DNA of 64,000 nucleotides. Origin: Candidatus Moanibacter sp. Its GTDB lineage: Bacteria; Verrucomicrobiota; Verrucomicrobiia; Opitutales; UBA2987. Positions 1 to 8,740 of this stretch are shown here, in pieces; the stretch's first letter is position 1, and every line of letters starts with the position of its first letter. The stretch is taken from assembly GCA_965215885.1 (NCBI GenBank), contig CBDCEW010000094.1, positions 32,001 to 96,000 on the forward strand, written 5' to 3'. A program made the position numbers and the translations under genes. The notes under the pieces are model-generated. The model made no database searches, had not been told where the DNA came from, and worked only from the letters and a program-made list of their open reading frames with translations.

Positions 1-2242
1 AACTGATGAGCGCATCCCCGTCGTATTCCGGTTTACCTTTCATCAATTGGACCTCTCCCGACTCCACCAGCTCGTGGATGGTTCCCTCCCAATTAAAACT
101 TCGAGCACTCGACCGCGAACAACCGTCGATGTAGCACTGATCGTCCTTCCGCCGCCATTCGTCGAGGTAAGCGACGAACCCACCTAAAGAGCGGGATAGT
201 TGGGCGAAATTCTTTCCGCCCGCGCCTTCACCGATCTCCAGCGTGGGTATACAGCCGTAAAAACCGGTTGTGGCGACGTCGCGGTATTTCCGGTCACCCG
301 TCTGCTCATAGATGAAGGCGAAACCGCGAATGAACAGGCAGGCGAGGAACTGGTTGTACTGGTCGATATTCTTGCTGTAGACATTCCATTCGTAAATAAA
401 GGCGCCGCGGTTGAAATCCCACATCCTGTCGATGATGAAATCGCAGGCCTTCTGAGCGGGTTCGATGACCCGCTCGTCGCCCGTGTTGAAGTGGTAGCGC
501 TCCAACGATTCCAGAATAATGCCGAGCATGAAGGGTTTGCAGCCATCCATGAGGGCGGAGCGGTAGAACTCGGAAGGCTCCCCTTTGAAATAATTCTCGT
601 CCTCATAAAACGAGCGTGGGGCGTTGAAGAAATCGATCATGAAATCGACGAGGAATTTCGCCCCTTCGAGAATCGACTCATCCCGCAGCGCTTCGTAACC
701 GGCCACCAGCACCATCAGCGGCCATCCGGTGTAACGCTCGGCAAAGCAGAAGCCATGGATCAGCTGTTCCCGGCTCACACACATTTCGGCGATGATGCGC
801 CGGCAGAGCCGCTCCCCCCCCTCCTTCGCCCAGATGTCCCCGAAAAAGAAATAGTTCAGCCAGCACCCGTCGTTCCACACATGGCCCATCTCCGATTCAA
901 ACTTGCAATGGTGGTGCTGTGTCCCGTGGCACTTCATGTCCCCGGTGACCGAGCTGATGTCCATGTCCGTCATGTGGGCCGAGTGCCAGTAGGCCTTGTC
1001 GAGAAAACGCGGATCCCCGTACATGGCGTATCCGCGGTAGTAGCCGAAACCAGTGTCGTATTCGTTGTCCCAGTAAAACACCGGCTTCCCCTCCCGCCGG
1101 TATTCCGGCAGCGGGGCGGGAAAATCGCCGTAATGCTCCAAGCCGAAAAAGTGCGGGTGCTGCTTTTCCTCCTCGTCGATGTCGGCCGGGTGCGTCCCCT
1201 CGCCATATAGATCGTTTTTGGAAAGGTAGAGGATTTTCTTTTTGATGTCCTCATATTCCTTGAAGTGGCCCTCCGGCAGATAGATTTTTTCGCAGGCGAG
1301 GGAATCCATCAACTGGGTCTGGTCGATCACGAATTGCACGGTTTCTCCCAGCCCGGCGAGGCCGGCGGCGCTGCAGGCGACATGCAAGCTGTGTCGGTAG
1401 GACATTCCGCCGCTGACTGGTAGCGGCTTTGCGTCTCGCGGGAAAAACTCGACCACCGCTTCGTTGCCATCCTGCTCAACTGCGGCGGGAAAGCGCTGCC
1501 AGAATTTTTCGATGGCGAGTCCGGCGTCTTCGCCCGCGAAAACGCCGTCTGGATGCTCCGATTTTTCCGCTCCGTTTTCAACGCATTTCCCGGTTTCGAA
1601 GACCGCCGTCCGCCCCTTGCCGACGTTTCCGGAAAAACACAGGCTCGCCGAAGCGCTCTTCAGGTGGAAATATCCGTCCTCGAGAACCGTCATCCGACGC
1701 TGCACCAGCATCCGTTCGTTTTGTGGATCCAGACGGATGAAGAAGTCCCGGTGAAAACCCTTTTCCTTTTCCCTGATCCGGAGCAACGGCGCAATCGGGC
1801 TGGCCTCGACCAGGCTGATCTCCGCTTCCCCTGGATTGAACGGCGCCGACGCGAGATCGGATTCAATCGCGTCGGCGCTGTAGGAAACGCTGCCGTTTGG
1901 AGTCTCGAAGGTGAAGCCTTCCGCCGTCACAGCAAACCGGCAACCGTCGAGGGAAACTGAGTGATCCAATATTTCGACCGACTCTTGTTCTCGCGCCTGT
2001 CCCTTCAGGATCAAAAGGGATAACGTGCTCTCCCCCGCGGGCAGGCGTGTATGCATGAAAATCCAGCGGATGCTTCCGTCTTTCCACACGTTTCGCACTG
2101 TGTACCAGAGGGATATTTTCCTTTCGCCGATCTTGAGTTCGAGTCCGTCGCCCTCATGAAACGTGGCCTCCACAAAGGGAACGCCAATGAGCAGAAGATG
2201 GTTTTCGGAGGGGCTGATTACGTCGATTTGGATTTTCTTCAT
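1..2242 (-). CDS. PcRGLX/YetA-like (exo-rhamnogalacturonan lyase family) large protein, runs off the left edge
   Basis: Not in the ORF track because no stop falls in the window. Manual translation from ATG 2242 (MKKIQIDVISPSENHLLLIGVPF...VWKDGSIRW...IEKFWQRFP...FFGLEHYGDF...YWDNEYD...HMTDMD...MGHVW) stays open to base 1. The motif order matches the 55039-58908 protein. Confidence 0.75.
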   Translation of the reverse strand, partial: MKKIQIDVISPSENHLLLIGVPFVEATFHEGDGLELKIGERKISLWYTVRNVWKDGSIRWIFMHTRLPAGESTLSLLILKGQAREQESVEILDHSVSLDGCRFAVTAEGFTFETPNGSVSYSADAIESDLASAPFNPGEAEISLVEASPIAPLLRIREKEKGFHRDFFIRLDPQNERMLVQRRMTVLEDGYFHLKSASASLCFSGNVGKGRTAVFETGKCVENGAEKSEHPDGVFAGEDAGLAIEKFWQRFPAAVEQDGNEAVVEFFPRDAKPLPVSGGMSYRHSLHVACSAAGLAGLGETVQFVIDQTQLMDSLACEKIYLPEGHFKEYEDIKKKILYLSKNDLYGEGTHPADIDEEEKQHPHFFGLEHYGDFPAPLPEYRREGKPVFYWDNEYDTGFGYYRGYAMYGDPRFLDKAYWHSAHMTDMDISSVTGDMKCHGTQHHHCKFESEMGHVWNDGCWLNYFFFGDIWAKEGGERLCRRIIAEMCVSREQLIHGFCFAERYTGWPLMVLVAGYEALRDESILEGAKFLVDFMIDFFNAPRSFYEDENYFKGEPSEFYRSALMDGCKPFMLGIILESLERYHFNTGDERVIEPAQKACDFIIDRMWDFNRGAFIYEWNVYSKNIDQYNQFLACLFIRGFAFIYEQTGDRKYRDVATTGFYGCIPTLEIGEGAGGKNFAQLSRSLGGFVAYLDEWRRKDDQCYIDGCSRSSARSFNWEGTIHELVESGEVQLMKGKPEYDGDALIS

Positions 2243-2314
2243 GGTGAGCTTTTGATGAGAAGAATGGAAGGGGAATCACCGGGGAACTGCAAACCATCGT
2301 TGGAATCTGCAGAT

Positions 2315-2552
2315 TGATCCACCACTGATAAGGATGTAGAGATGGTCCTCCGGACACGGTTCTCTTGAAGGTGATAGAGCAGAAGATCGTGCGGCGGAGC
2401 GCCCGATCCACCGCTGAAAGGTTGTAAGAGGTAGAGCGGACCCTCCGGACACGGTTGTTTGAAGGAGGCAGGGCAGAAGATCGTGCGGCGGAGCGCCCGA
2501 TCCACCACTGAAAGGTTGCAAGAGGTGGACCGGGTCCTCCGGACACGGTTGT
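2315..2552. repeat. REP/BIME-like tandem cluster, about 3 units of roughly 90-95 bp
   Basis: Hairpin units GTCCTCCGGACACGGTT (x3, one variant) alternate with GCAGAAGATCGTGCGGCGGAGCGCCCGATCCACC (x2) in opposite orientations. Confidence 0.8.
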
Positions 2553-2608
2553 ATTATGAGTCGGAAGGGCAGAATCGCCGGAAAACACCAAGATATCCCT
2601 GATTCTGT

Positions 2609-3382
2609 TTAAAACTCGTCGATAAGGCGTTTCAACACCCGCGCGTCCTCCAGAAACTGCTCGGGACTTTCGTCGCGGACGAACTCGAGGAGCACAAACC
2701 GATCGCCCTCGAGATCGGCGACCGCGTCAAGGTAAGCACGCCAGGCGCCGATGCCCGCGCTCAAGGGACATCGGACAAGATTGCCCTCCAACATATCCCA
2801 GTAAAACGCATGCAGATGGGAAAGGTGGCGACGCACCCGTTTGAGCCCGTCGAGCCGTTCTTCAGTCGACTGGTCGTGCGGGGCCTGCCAGTAAAGCTTC
2901 ACATTCGGATGATCCACTTCGTCCATCAGTGTGAGCGCCGATTCCACCGTATCGGTCAACGTGTTTCCGTGAAACTCGAGCGCGACGAGAACATCGCTCC
3001 GGTTCGCGGTCTCCCCGATCTCTCGCAAGTTCGCGGACACTGCCGCACGGTAAGCCGCATCCGCCGCAGCGGAACCGCGCCGCCCCGGCCATACGCGAAT
3101 GACGGGTGCTCCCAGGGCGAGGGCGGATTCGAGCACGGGTTCGAATGTCAAACCGTCCGCTTCGTTGTCCACTGCCCGGTAGTAGGAGCCGTAAGCGCAA
3201 ACCCGCAATCCGGCGTCCTCGGTGCGCTTCCGAACCTCAACGGCCGTGCTGAGATCTCCGTGCGGCACGTGAATGTCTCCACCCCATTCGATGCCGGTCA
3301 ACCCTGCCTGTCGAACGAGGTCAATAATCTGCTCGGGGGACAGCTTGCGAAAAGTGACGGATACAAGGCCGGGTTGGAGCAT
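2609..3382 (-). CDS. Sugar phosphate isomerase/epimerase (xylose isomerase-like TIM barrel)
   Basis: GLVSVTFR, GIEWGGDIH, ALEFHGNTLTD, LSHLH and VLLEF metal-site pattern; likely start MLQPG at 3382. Confidence 0.85.
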   Translation of the reverse strand: MLQPGLVSVTFRKLSPEQIIDLVRQAGLTGIEWGGDIHVPHGDLSTAVEVRKRTEDAGLRVCAYGSYYRAVDNEADGLTFEPVLESALALGAPVIRVWPGRRGSAAADAAYRAAVSANLREIGETANRSDVLVALEFHGNTLTDTVESALTLMDEVDHPNVKLYWQAPHDQSTEERLDGLKRVRRHLSHLHAFYWDMLEGNLVRCPLSAGIGAWRAYLDAVADLEGDRFVLLEFVRDESPEQFLEDARVLKRLIDEF

Positions 3383-3462
3383 GTTAGAAGCGCCTCCCTG
3401 TAATACCAATGCTCACGGACAGTAACGGATGCCGACGTTACCGTGGCCCCGCTTGTTCAATT

Positions 3463-3631
3463 CTCTCGCAAAGCCGCAAAGACCGCCAAGAAAGTCTGCT
3501 TTAAGCGACTTCTTTACCCTTTCGACAGATCCATTCTTCATCATCGATTCCCTCGCATTCCAAAGAGAATCATAAGCTCAGATTGTGTGAGCAGTTTATT
3601 GAATTCTTTGCGTTCTTTTCGCCTTTGCGAG
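3463..3631. repeat. Intergenic imperfect inverted repeat
   Basis: TCTCGCAAAGCCGCAAAGACCGCCAAGAA ... TTCTTTGCGTTCTTTTCGCCTTTGCGAGA. Confidence 0.6.
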
Positions 3632-3633
3632 AG

Positions 3634-4566
3634 TCAATTCTTCGCCTTCGAACTAATCGGTCGCGCCGCGTAGCAGGTGGCGGGCGTTCCATCCTTTTCC
3701 ACAAAAATGCTTTTGTACGCCTCCGGCTTGATGCGCGGGTTGTCGGCGGCGCGGTAGTGAAACTGCAGGGCGCGCCGGCGCTGCGACGACTCGTTGATCG
3801 GCGTCTGGTGCGGCAGGTTACTGTGGAAAACGAGGATGCCCCCGGCTTTAATTTCGATTGGCACCGCTTCCGATAGGTCGAAGCGCTCCCCCTCGATCTC
3901 GCAATCGAACGTATGGTGATGCCGCAAGGGACCCATTTTATGCCCGCAGGGCAAGATATGCATGCACCCGTTTTCCGCCGTGGCATCATCGAGGGCGATC
4001 CAGATGCCGAAAACCCGGTCGAGGTTTTCGGTCGCGAAATAGGCGTTGTCCTGGTGCCAGGGTTTTTCCACTCCGCCATGGGGCGGCTTGATCAGGGCCA
4101 TCGTCTGGTAGATGACGGATCCCGGACCGAGGATGGCGTCGCGAATGCCTTTAATTTTCGGGTGTGGGCCCGTCAGCGCGCGAAAGATCGGCTCCTCCCT
4201 GGCGTAACCGGCCAGCTTGCGCAGGTGGAATTCAAGCCCGTTCACGCGCGCCGGGTCCGGCTCGTAACCGGGCTCCGTCATAAACGAAAAACTGCTCGAT
4301 TTGCTTCGAAAGGTCGTGCCGCTGTAATTCGATTTTTGGGAGGTATCCGCGCTCATCTCGCAGAGCTCGTCGTTAAATGCGTAGCGCCGGACCAGCTCGC
4401 TGATCCCATCCCGCGCCTCCCGGACCTCTTCCGGGGTCAGCGCCTTCTCGTAGGCGAGATAGCCTTGCTCCCGGTAGGTTGCCAGTTGATCATTGCTGAG
4501 TTGGTCGGGACAGTCCGGAAACTGCTGAACTTCGATGTCGGGAAAAGTCTTTGAGTGAAGAGTCAT
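3634..4566 (-). CDS. Phytanoyl-CoA dioxygenase (PhyH) family Fe(II)/2OG oxygenase
   Basis: YREQGYL, KPWHQDNAY (HxD), WIALDDAT.ENGC, LPHQTP.N.S..RR. Confidence 0.9.
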   Translation of the reverse strand: MTLHSKTFPDIEVQQFPDCPDQLSNDQLATYREQGYLAYEKALTPEEVREARDGISELVRRYAFNDELCEMSADTSQKSNYSGTTFRSKSSSFSFMTEPGYEPDPARVNGLEFHLRKLAGYAREEPIFRALTGPHPKIKGIRDAILGPGSVIYQTMALIKPPHGGVEKPWHQDNAYFATENLDRVFGIWIALDDATAENGCMHILPCGHKMGPLRHHHTFDCEIEGERFDLSEAVPIEIKAGGILVFHSNLPHQTPINESSQRRRALQFHYRAADNPRIKPEAYKSIFVEKDGTPATCYAARPISSKAKN

Positions 4567-4568
4567 TT

Positions 4569-5199
4569 CTATTCTCCCCATAATGTGTCGGAAGCCAGCA
4601 TATTTGAGAAATCAGTGAAGGCAAGAATCTCTATACTATCTTCGGTCTTTAGCCGAGGTCCTCTGGGATACACGAGGATTCGCCGCCGCAGTCCCTTCAG
4701 TGCACTGATCGCCCGCAGGCCTTTGCACCATGTTTCTGAGAATGTATTGCCGGATTTTACTTCGATCGCAATGAATTGTTCTCCCCGGTTGAGAAGGAAG
4801 TCGACTTCAATACCGCTTTTCGCCGCGGTTTTCCAATAGTAGAAATCTTCGAAGAGCCTGCGGTAGTCTCGGTAAGCCCGGAGCACCTGAGCTACGAGCC
4901 CTTCGAAGAGGAAACCCCGTTCCTCCGGAACAACAGGACCGGAACTCCCTTTGAGGGCTCTTACGAGTCCGGCATCGCACCAATACCACTTAGGCAATTT
5001 GCGTTCACGCACTAAGTTCCTTCGCGATCAACCCAGGATTCGTCAGCAGTCGATGGTAGGTCTCTTCGGACAAGAGATCAATGACGTAGGCATCGGGATA
5101 AACATGACGCAGCCAACCGCTTTTTCCGTTCCCACGAGGACCCATTAGAAAGAAGCTCATTGAAGGTGCTTTGAGAATTCGGAGTATACGTGGTTGCAT
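4569..5199 (-). pseudogene. Internally deleted ATP-binding protein (AAA_14 plus DUF4143/PD-(D/E)xK type)
   Basis: A 64-aa N-terminus with Walker A (GPRGNGKS) directly abuts, out of frame, a C-terminal fragment (PKWYWCDAGL, LFEGLV, EVDFL, IEVKSG). Walker B and the central region are missing. Confidence 0.75.
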
Positions 5200-5284
5200 A
5201 GGTCGTCGTCATTTAGCGTTGAAAATTGACGACAGAATATGCTGATCTCAGCCAATATCAATAGAGGCGAACAGCCTTTGATGC

Positions 5285-5410
5285 GCACTGATGAACCACC
5301 GCGATATCATTCTCGACCGCGGCGAAGGGGATACCGACGAGATGATCGAATACGTGTGCCGCTGGCTGGACTACGGGCATGATCCAAAGACCGGCCGCTG
5401 GCTGGCCTGA
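5285..5410 (+). pseudogene. 126-bp orphan fragment paralogous to 9404-9529
   Basis: ALMNHRDIILDRGEGDTDEMIEYVCRWLDYGHDPKTGRWLA* versus ALMNHRDIIRDRGEGESDEMIEYVHRWLDEGQDPETGRWLAC; colinear at DNA level. Confidence 0.85.
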
Positions 5411-5599
5411 GGTGATCACGCTGGGGGGAACGAATCCGAAAGAGTCGGTGCGTCGGGGGTGCGACTGACCAGAAGGTATGTTTGCTGGGTGATCGGGTGG
5501 CTGAACCCAAACCTGAAGTCGAGAAGGAATTTCGCCATTGAACAATTCACCCAGCGCCTCACTATTCCAACGTTCCATCATTCCAATGAGCCAACCCTC

Positions 5600-6799
5600 A
5601 TGACCGAACAATCCGTCAAAGAACCCGCAGAAACCGTTGTCGACCGTGTCCAGGCGCAGGACCTGGAATCGCTCAAGGAAAACACCGTCAACCGGTTGAT
5701 CACCGCCAACGAGGGGATTGTCCGGTGGTGCGACCGGGTGCGGGACCCGGAAGCGCCGTTCCGGTTCCGCTGGGCGGTCGAATCCCTGCGCGACGCCGAT
5801 GTCGCCAGCTCGAATTACATCCTCGGTGCGCTGGACGGCGCCGGCCTTCTTGACAACGTGCTCACGGGGGACCAAAAGCGCGCCGGAGAGGCATGGATCG
5901 AGTCCCTCGAGGTCGCTGAAAACAGCTTTGAAGACCCCGCCCTCCTCGCCTACAAGCCGCCGATCTGGGATGACGAAGCGGAGTCATGGCCCCCCACCGG
6001 TGCGCACAAGGAGGCGTTAAACCAGTACTCGCGCGGCTGTTTGCGCTACTACACGCCCGATCCCGTCGACCAGCTGGCGGGTCCCCCGCCCCCGGATTGG
6101 CCGCAAATGGACGAAGCGGACCGGGTGCTGGACTGGATCAAGACGATCGAGCCTAATTGGAGCTGGATCGGGCGGATGATTCGCCGCCTGATGGACTGGC
6201 ACATCGCGGGGGATATCCCCGTCGATCCGCTCATCGACTGTGTCAAGTACGCCTACGAGCGGCAGGATCCCGAAACCGGGTTCTGGGCTAACGGCATCCA
6301 GACCAGCTTCAAGATCCTCATCACCGTCTTCGAGCCGATGAATCTTCCGGTCAACCACACCGACAAGCTGATCGACTCGGTCATGGCCAGGATGTACCAG
6401 CCGGACTACGACGACAACCTGTTCCCCTGTGAGGAGTTTGACGCCTTTTACGACATCGCAGTGGCCTGGGACCATGCCAAGGGACACCGGGAGGCGGAGG
6501 TGCTCAAATGGGCCGCTCACCGCGTAGCCTACATCCTCGAAACTCACGCCCAACCCGATGAGGGCATCGCCAGCTACCCCGAACGCTGCATCCCCACCTG
6601 GTTGAAATTCGACATGGCGCCGACCCTGCCCCAGGGCGACGCCTTCGGATTCGCCATCTACGGCGCCGGATTCAACATCTGCATCGACATGCTCGGGATC
6701 GCCGACCGCACCGGATGGAAACCCAAATGGCGCTACGGCCATACCCTCGACGACGGGCCGTATTTGGAGCTGGGGGAGAAGGTTAAGGGGTTGTTGTAG
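5600..6799 (+). CDS. Hypothetical protein, probable alpha/alpha-toroid with QW-like repeats
   Basis: Good coding bias from MTEQSVKE; contains RQDPETGFW and AQPDEG motifs; distant paralog of 8741-10030. Confidence 0.7.
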   Translation: MTEQSVKEPAETVVDRVQAQDLESLKENTVNRLITANEGIVRWCDRVRDPEAPFRFRWAVESLRDADVASSNYILGALDGAGLLDNVLTGDQKRAGEAWIESLEVAENSFEDPALLAYKPPIWDDEAESWPPTGAHKEALNQYSRGCLRYYTPDPVDQLAGPPPPDWPQMDEADRVLDWIKTIEPNWSWIGRMIRRLMDWHIAGDIPVDPLIDCVKYAYERQDPETGFWANGIQTSFKILITVFEPMNLPVNHTDKLIDSVMARMYQPDYDDNLFPCEEFDAFYDIAVAWDHAKGHREAEVLKWAAHRVAYILETHAQPDEGIASYPERCIPTWLKFDMAPTLPQGDAFGFAIYGAGFNICIDMLGIADRTGWKPKWRYGHTLDDGPYLELGEKVKGLL

Positions 6800-7148
6800 A
6801 GGGGGCCGGGATATCGTCTTCTTCGGCGTAAGCTTCGTCGTAATCTTTGTCGCGAGCTTTGTCGAGCTGGCTCGAATATCAGATTTTCGCTCAGGGAGGT
6901 GCTGAGGTCCTAGCGCAGCGAAGCCGCAACCAAAAAAGAAGAAGAGAACCGCAGATGCACGCAGATGGACGCGAATGCAGAAGGAAACTCCTACTTCCCT
7001 TGGAAACCTCGTCCCAAACCTTGTCGACTGCAATACATTGAATATCAGTCTCTTCTACGCCAAACTTTGCTAGAAAAACAAAGATTATACGGATTGTAGC
7101 ACGGAGGTCTCTTTCTCAGTTTCTCTAGGAGATCTCTTCTCTGCCGTT

Positions 7149-8654
7149 TCACGGCGCAGGCCAGATGCTCCGCATCTGCCACACAGTCAGGGAAACCAAC
7201 CTGGCCTCGCCGCCCCTCGCAAACACCGAAACGCCGGAGCTGTCATCCCGGCTCGGGTATGCCCGGAGGGTGAGGCACTGCCGACCGTTGGCGAAGACCT
7301 CGACGACACTATGGTCGACGAATACCCGCAACTGCAACGGCTCACCGTCCTCAAGGTGGAGCAGCCCGATTTCCGGTGAGCGGGACTGCACCGCCGGGTC
7401 GAGCGAGGCGTGGGATACATCCAGCATCAATGTGCGTGTGCCCGAACCGCGTCTCTCGCGCATGAAGAGCGTTATATCCGTCCGCTCCTCGCCGTCAGGC
7501 GAGCGCAGGACCCGCAAACCAACTTCGCGTGCGTCCATGGGGTCGATTTCGGCGACGAGTTCCAATGACTTTCCGTCTACGCCCGGCGCGATGTACTCAC
7601 TGTTGCCTGGCACCTCGACGTCTTTGATATGCACCGGATCGCAACGCAGATTTTCAAGTTCCGCGACCGGCTCGATCCTCAGCGGGTGCGCCGCCCGCGC
7701 TTTCTCCGACACTTCTGTATTGAGCGACAAGTGCCGCGGCAGAGACATCAGTTGCTCCCACCCCTCCTGCGTGCGGTTCTCCTTCACGTTCCAGATGGCG
7801 ATACAGCGACCGTTGGGGTCAACGAATCCCGAAGGCGCGTGGACACTCCCGCGCCCGAGTGGCCCGTAATTCAACCGACCGCGAGACTCTATCCGGTAGC
7901 GGCCCTTCTCGGAATCAAACGTGCCGACGTAATACAATGCATTCTGACGTTTATGGCTGAAGAAGAGCAGCAGATGCTTTCCATCCCCGATCGGCAGGAA
8001 ATTGTTGCACGAACAGTCTCCTCCCGCTTCTTCAAAGTGGACATCCTCGAAAAGGATGCCCATGGAATCCCAGGCCGCGAGGTCTCTTGATCGATACAAC
8101 TCCAACGTTCCCCTTCCATTGGGAAACTCGACGGTCGACCGGAACTCGGAAGTTCTTACCGTCATGTAAAAACTCCCATCCTGACTCCAGATAAAATTGT
8201 CGTTACCCGGCTGAAGGACCGGATTATCAGGATGCTCAACCCAGTCCAGCAGGTCCGGGTCCGATGCGGTGGCCAGGCTGACGGCGCCGTGTTCGTGGGT
8301 GGCATACCCCATGACCGCGCGGTTGCCGCCCGCCCACACCTGCCCGGTGCCCCCGTGGATCGTAGGACTCGCGATCGGCTGATCGCACCAGTGCACAAGA
8401 TCGTCGCTGACTGCGTGCCCCCGCGCCCACTTCATCGTCGGTGTGATGAAGAGGTAGAACAGGTGGAAATTCCCCTTCCAGAAGCACAATCCCGCCGGGT
8501 CGTGGAGCCCGGCGCCGGGAGGGGAGAAATGGTAGCGCGGACGGTAAGGGTCGTCCGCCAGGGACTCCCGGGAGCGCCGGAAAAGGTCCACCTGGTCCTC
8601 GCGGGAAAGAGAGGAAAAATCGGTTGTGGCCCAGTCGATGTTTTCTCGTTTCAT
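7149..8654 (-). CDS. Glycoside hydrolase family 32-like protein (beta-propeller plus C-terminal beta-sandwich), non-canonical active site
   Basis: DPYRPRYHF, HDPAG, WARGHAVSDDLVHW, MSLPR, LRVFVDHSVVEVFANG; likely start MKREN at 8654. Confidence 0.85.
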   Translation of the reverse strand: MKRENIDWATTDFSSLSREDQVDLFRRSRESLADDPYRPRYHFSPPGAGLHDPAGLCFWKGNFHLFYLFITPTMKWARGHAVSDDLVHWCDQPIASPTIHGGTGQVWAGGNRAVMGYATHEHGAVSLATASDPDLLDWVEHPDNPVLQPGNDNFIWSQDGSFYMTVRTSEFRSTVEFPNGRGTLELYRSRDLAAWDSMGILFEDVHFEEAGGDCSCNNFLPIGDGKHLLLFFSHKRQNALYYVGTFDSEKGRYRIESRGRLNYGPLGRGSVHAPSGFVDPNGRCIAIWNVKENRTQEGWEQLMSLPRHLSLNTEVSEKARAAHPLRIEPVAELENLRCDPVHIKDVEVPGNSEYIAPGVDGKSLELVAEIDPMDAREVGLRVLRSPDGEERTDITLFMRERRGSGTRTLMLDVSHASLDPAVQSRSPEIGLLHLEDGEPLQLRVFVDHSVVEVFANGRQCLTLRAYPSRDDSSGVSVFARGGEARLVSLTVWQMRSIWPAP

Positions 8655-8740
8655 CTTGTGCACCCTACCTGGTATCCATAGAAGAGAGAGTGAATTCCAA
8701 TCGCTGACAACGAACACGACAAGGATCAAAATAGCCACCA

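Noticed and set aside
200..1960. Plus-strand ORFs 200-1210 and 1553-1960
   Set aside because: Antisense shadows of the real minus-strand gene 1-2242
2315..2552. Possible CRISPR array
   Set aside because: Units are hairpin REPs with conserved linkers; no unique spacers and no cas genes
6017..7033. 338-aa minus-strand ORF
   Set aside because: Antisense to 5600-6799 and begins in intergenic repeats
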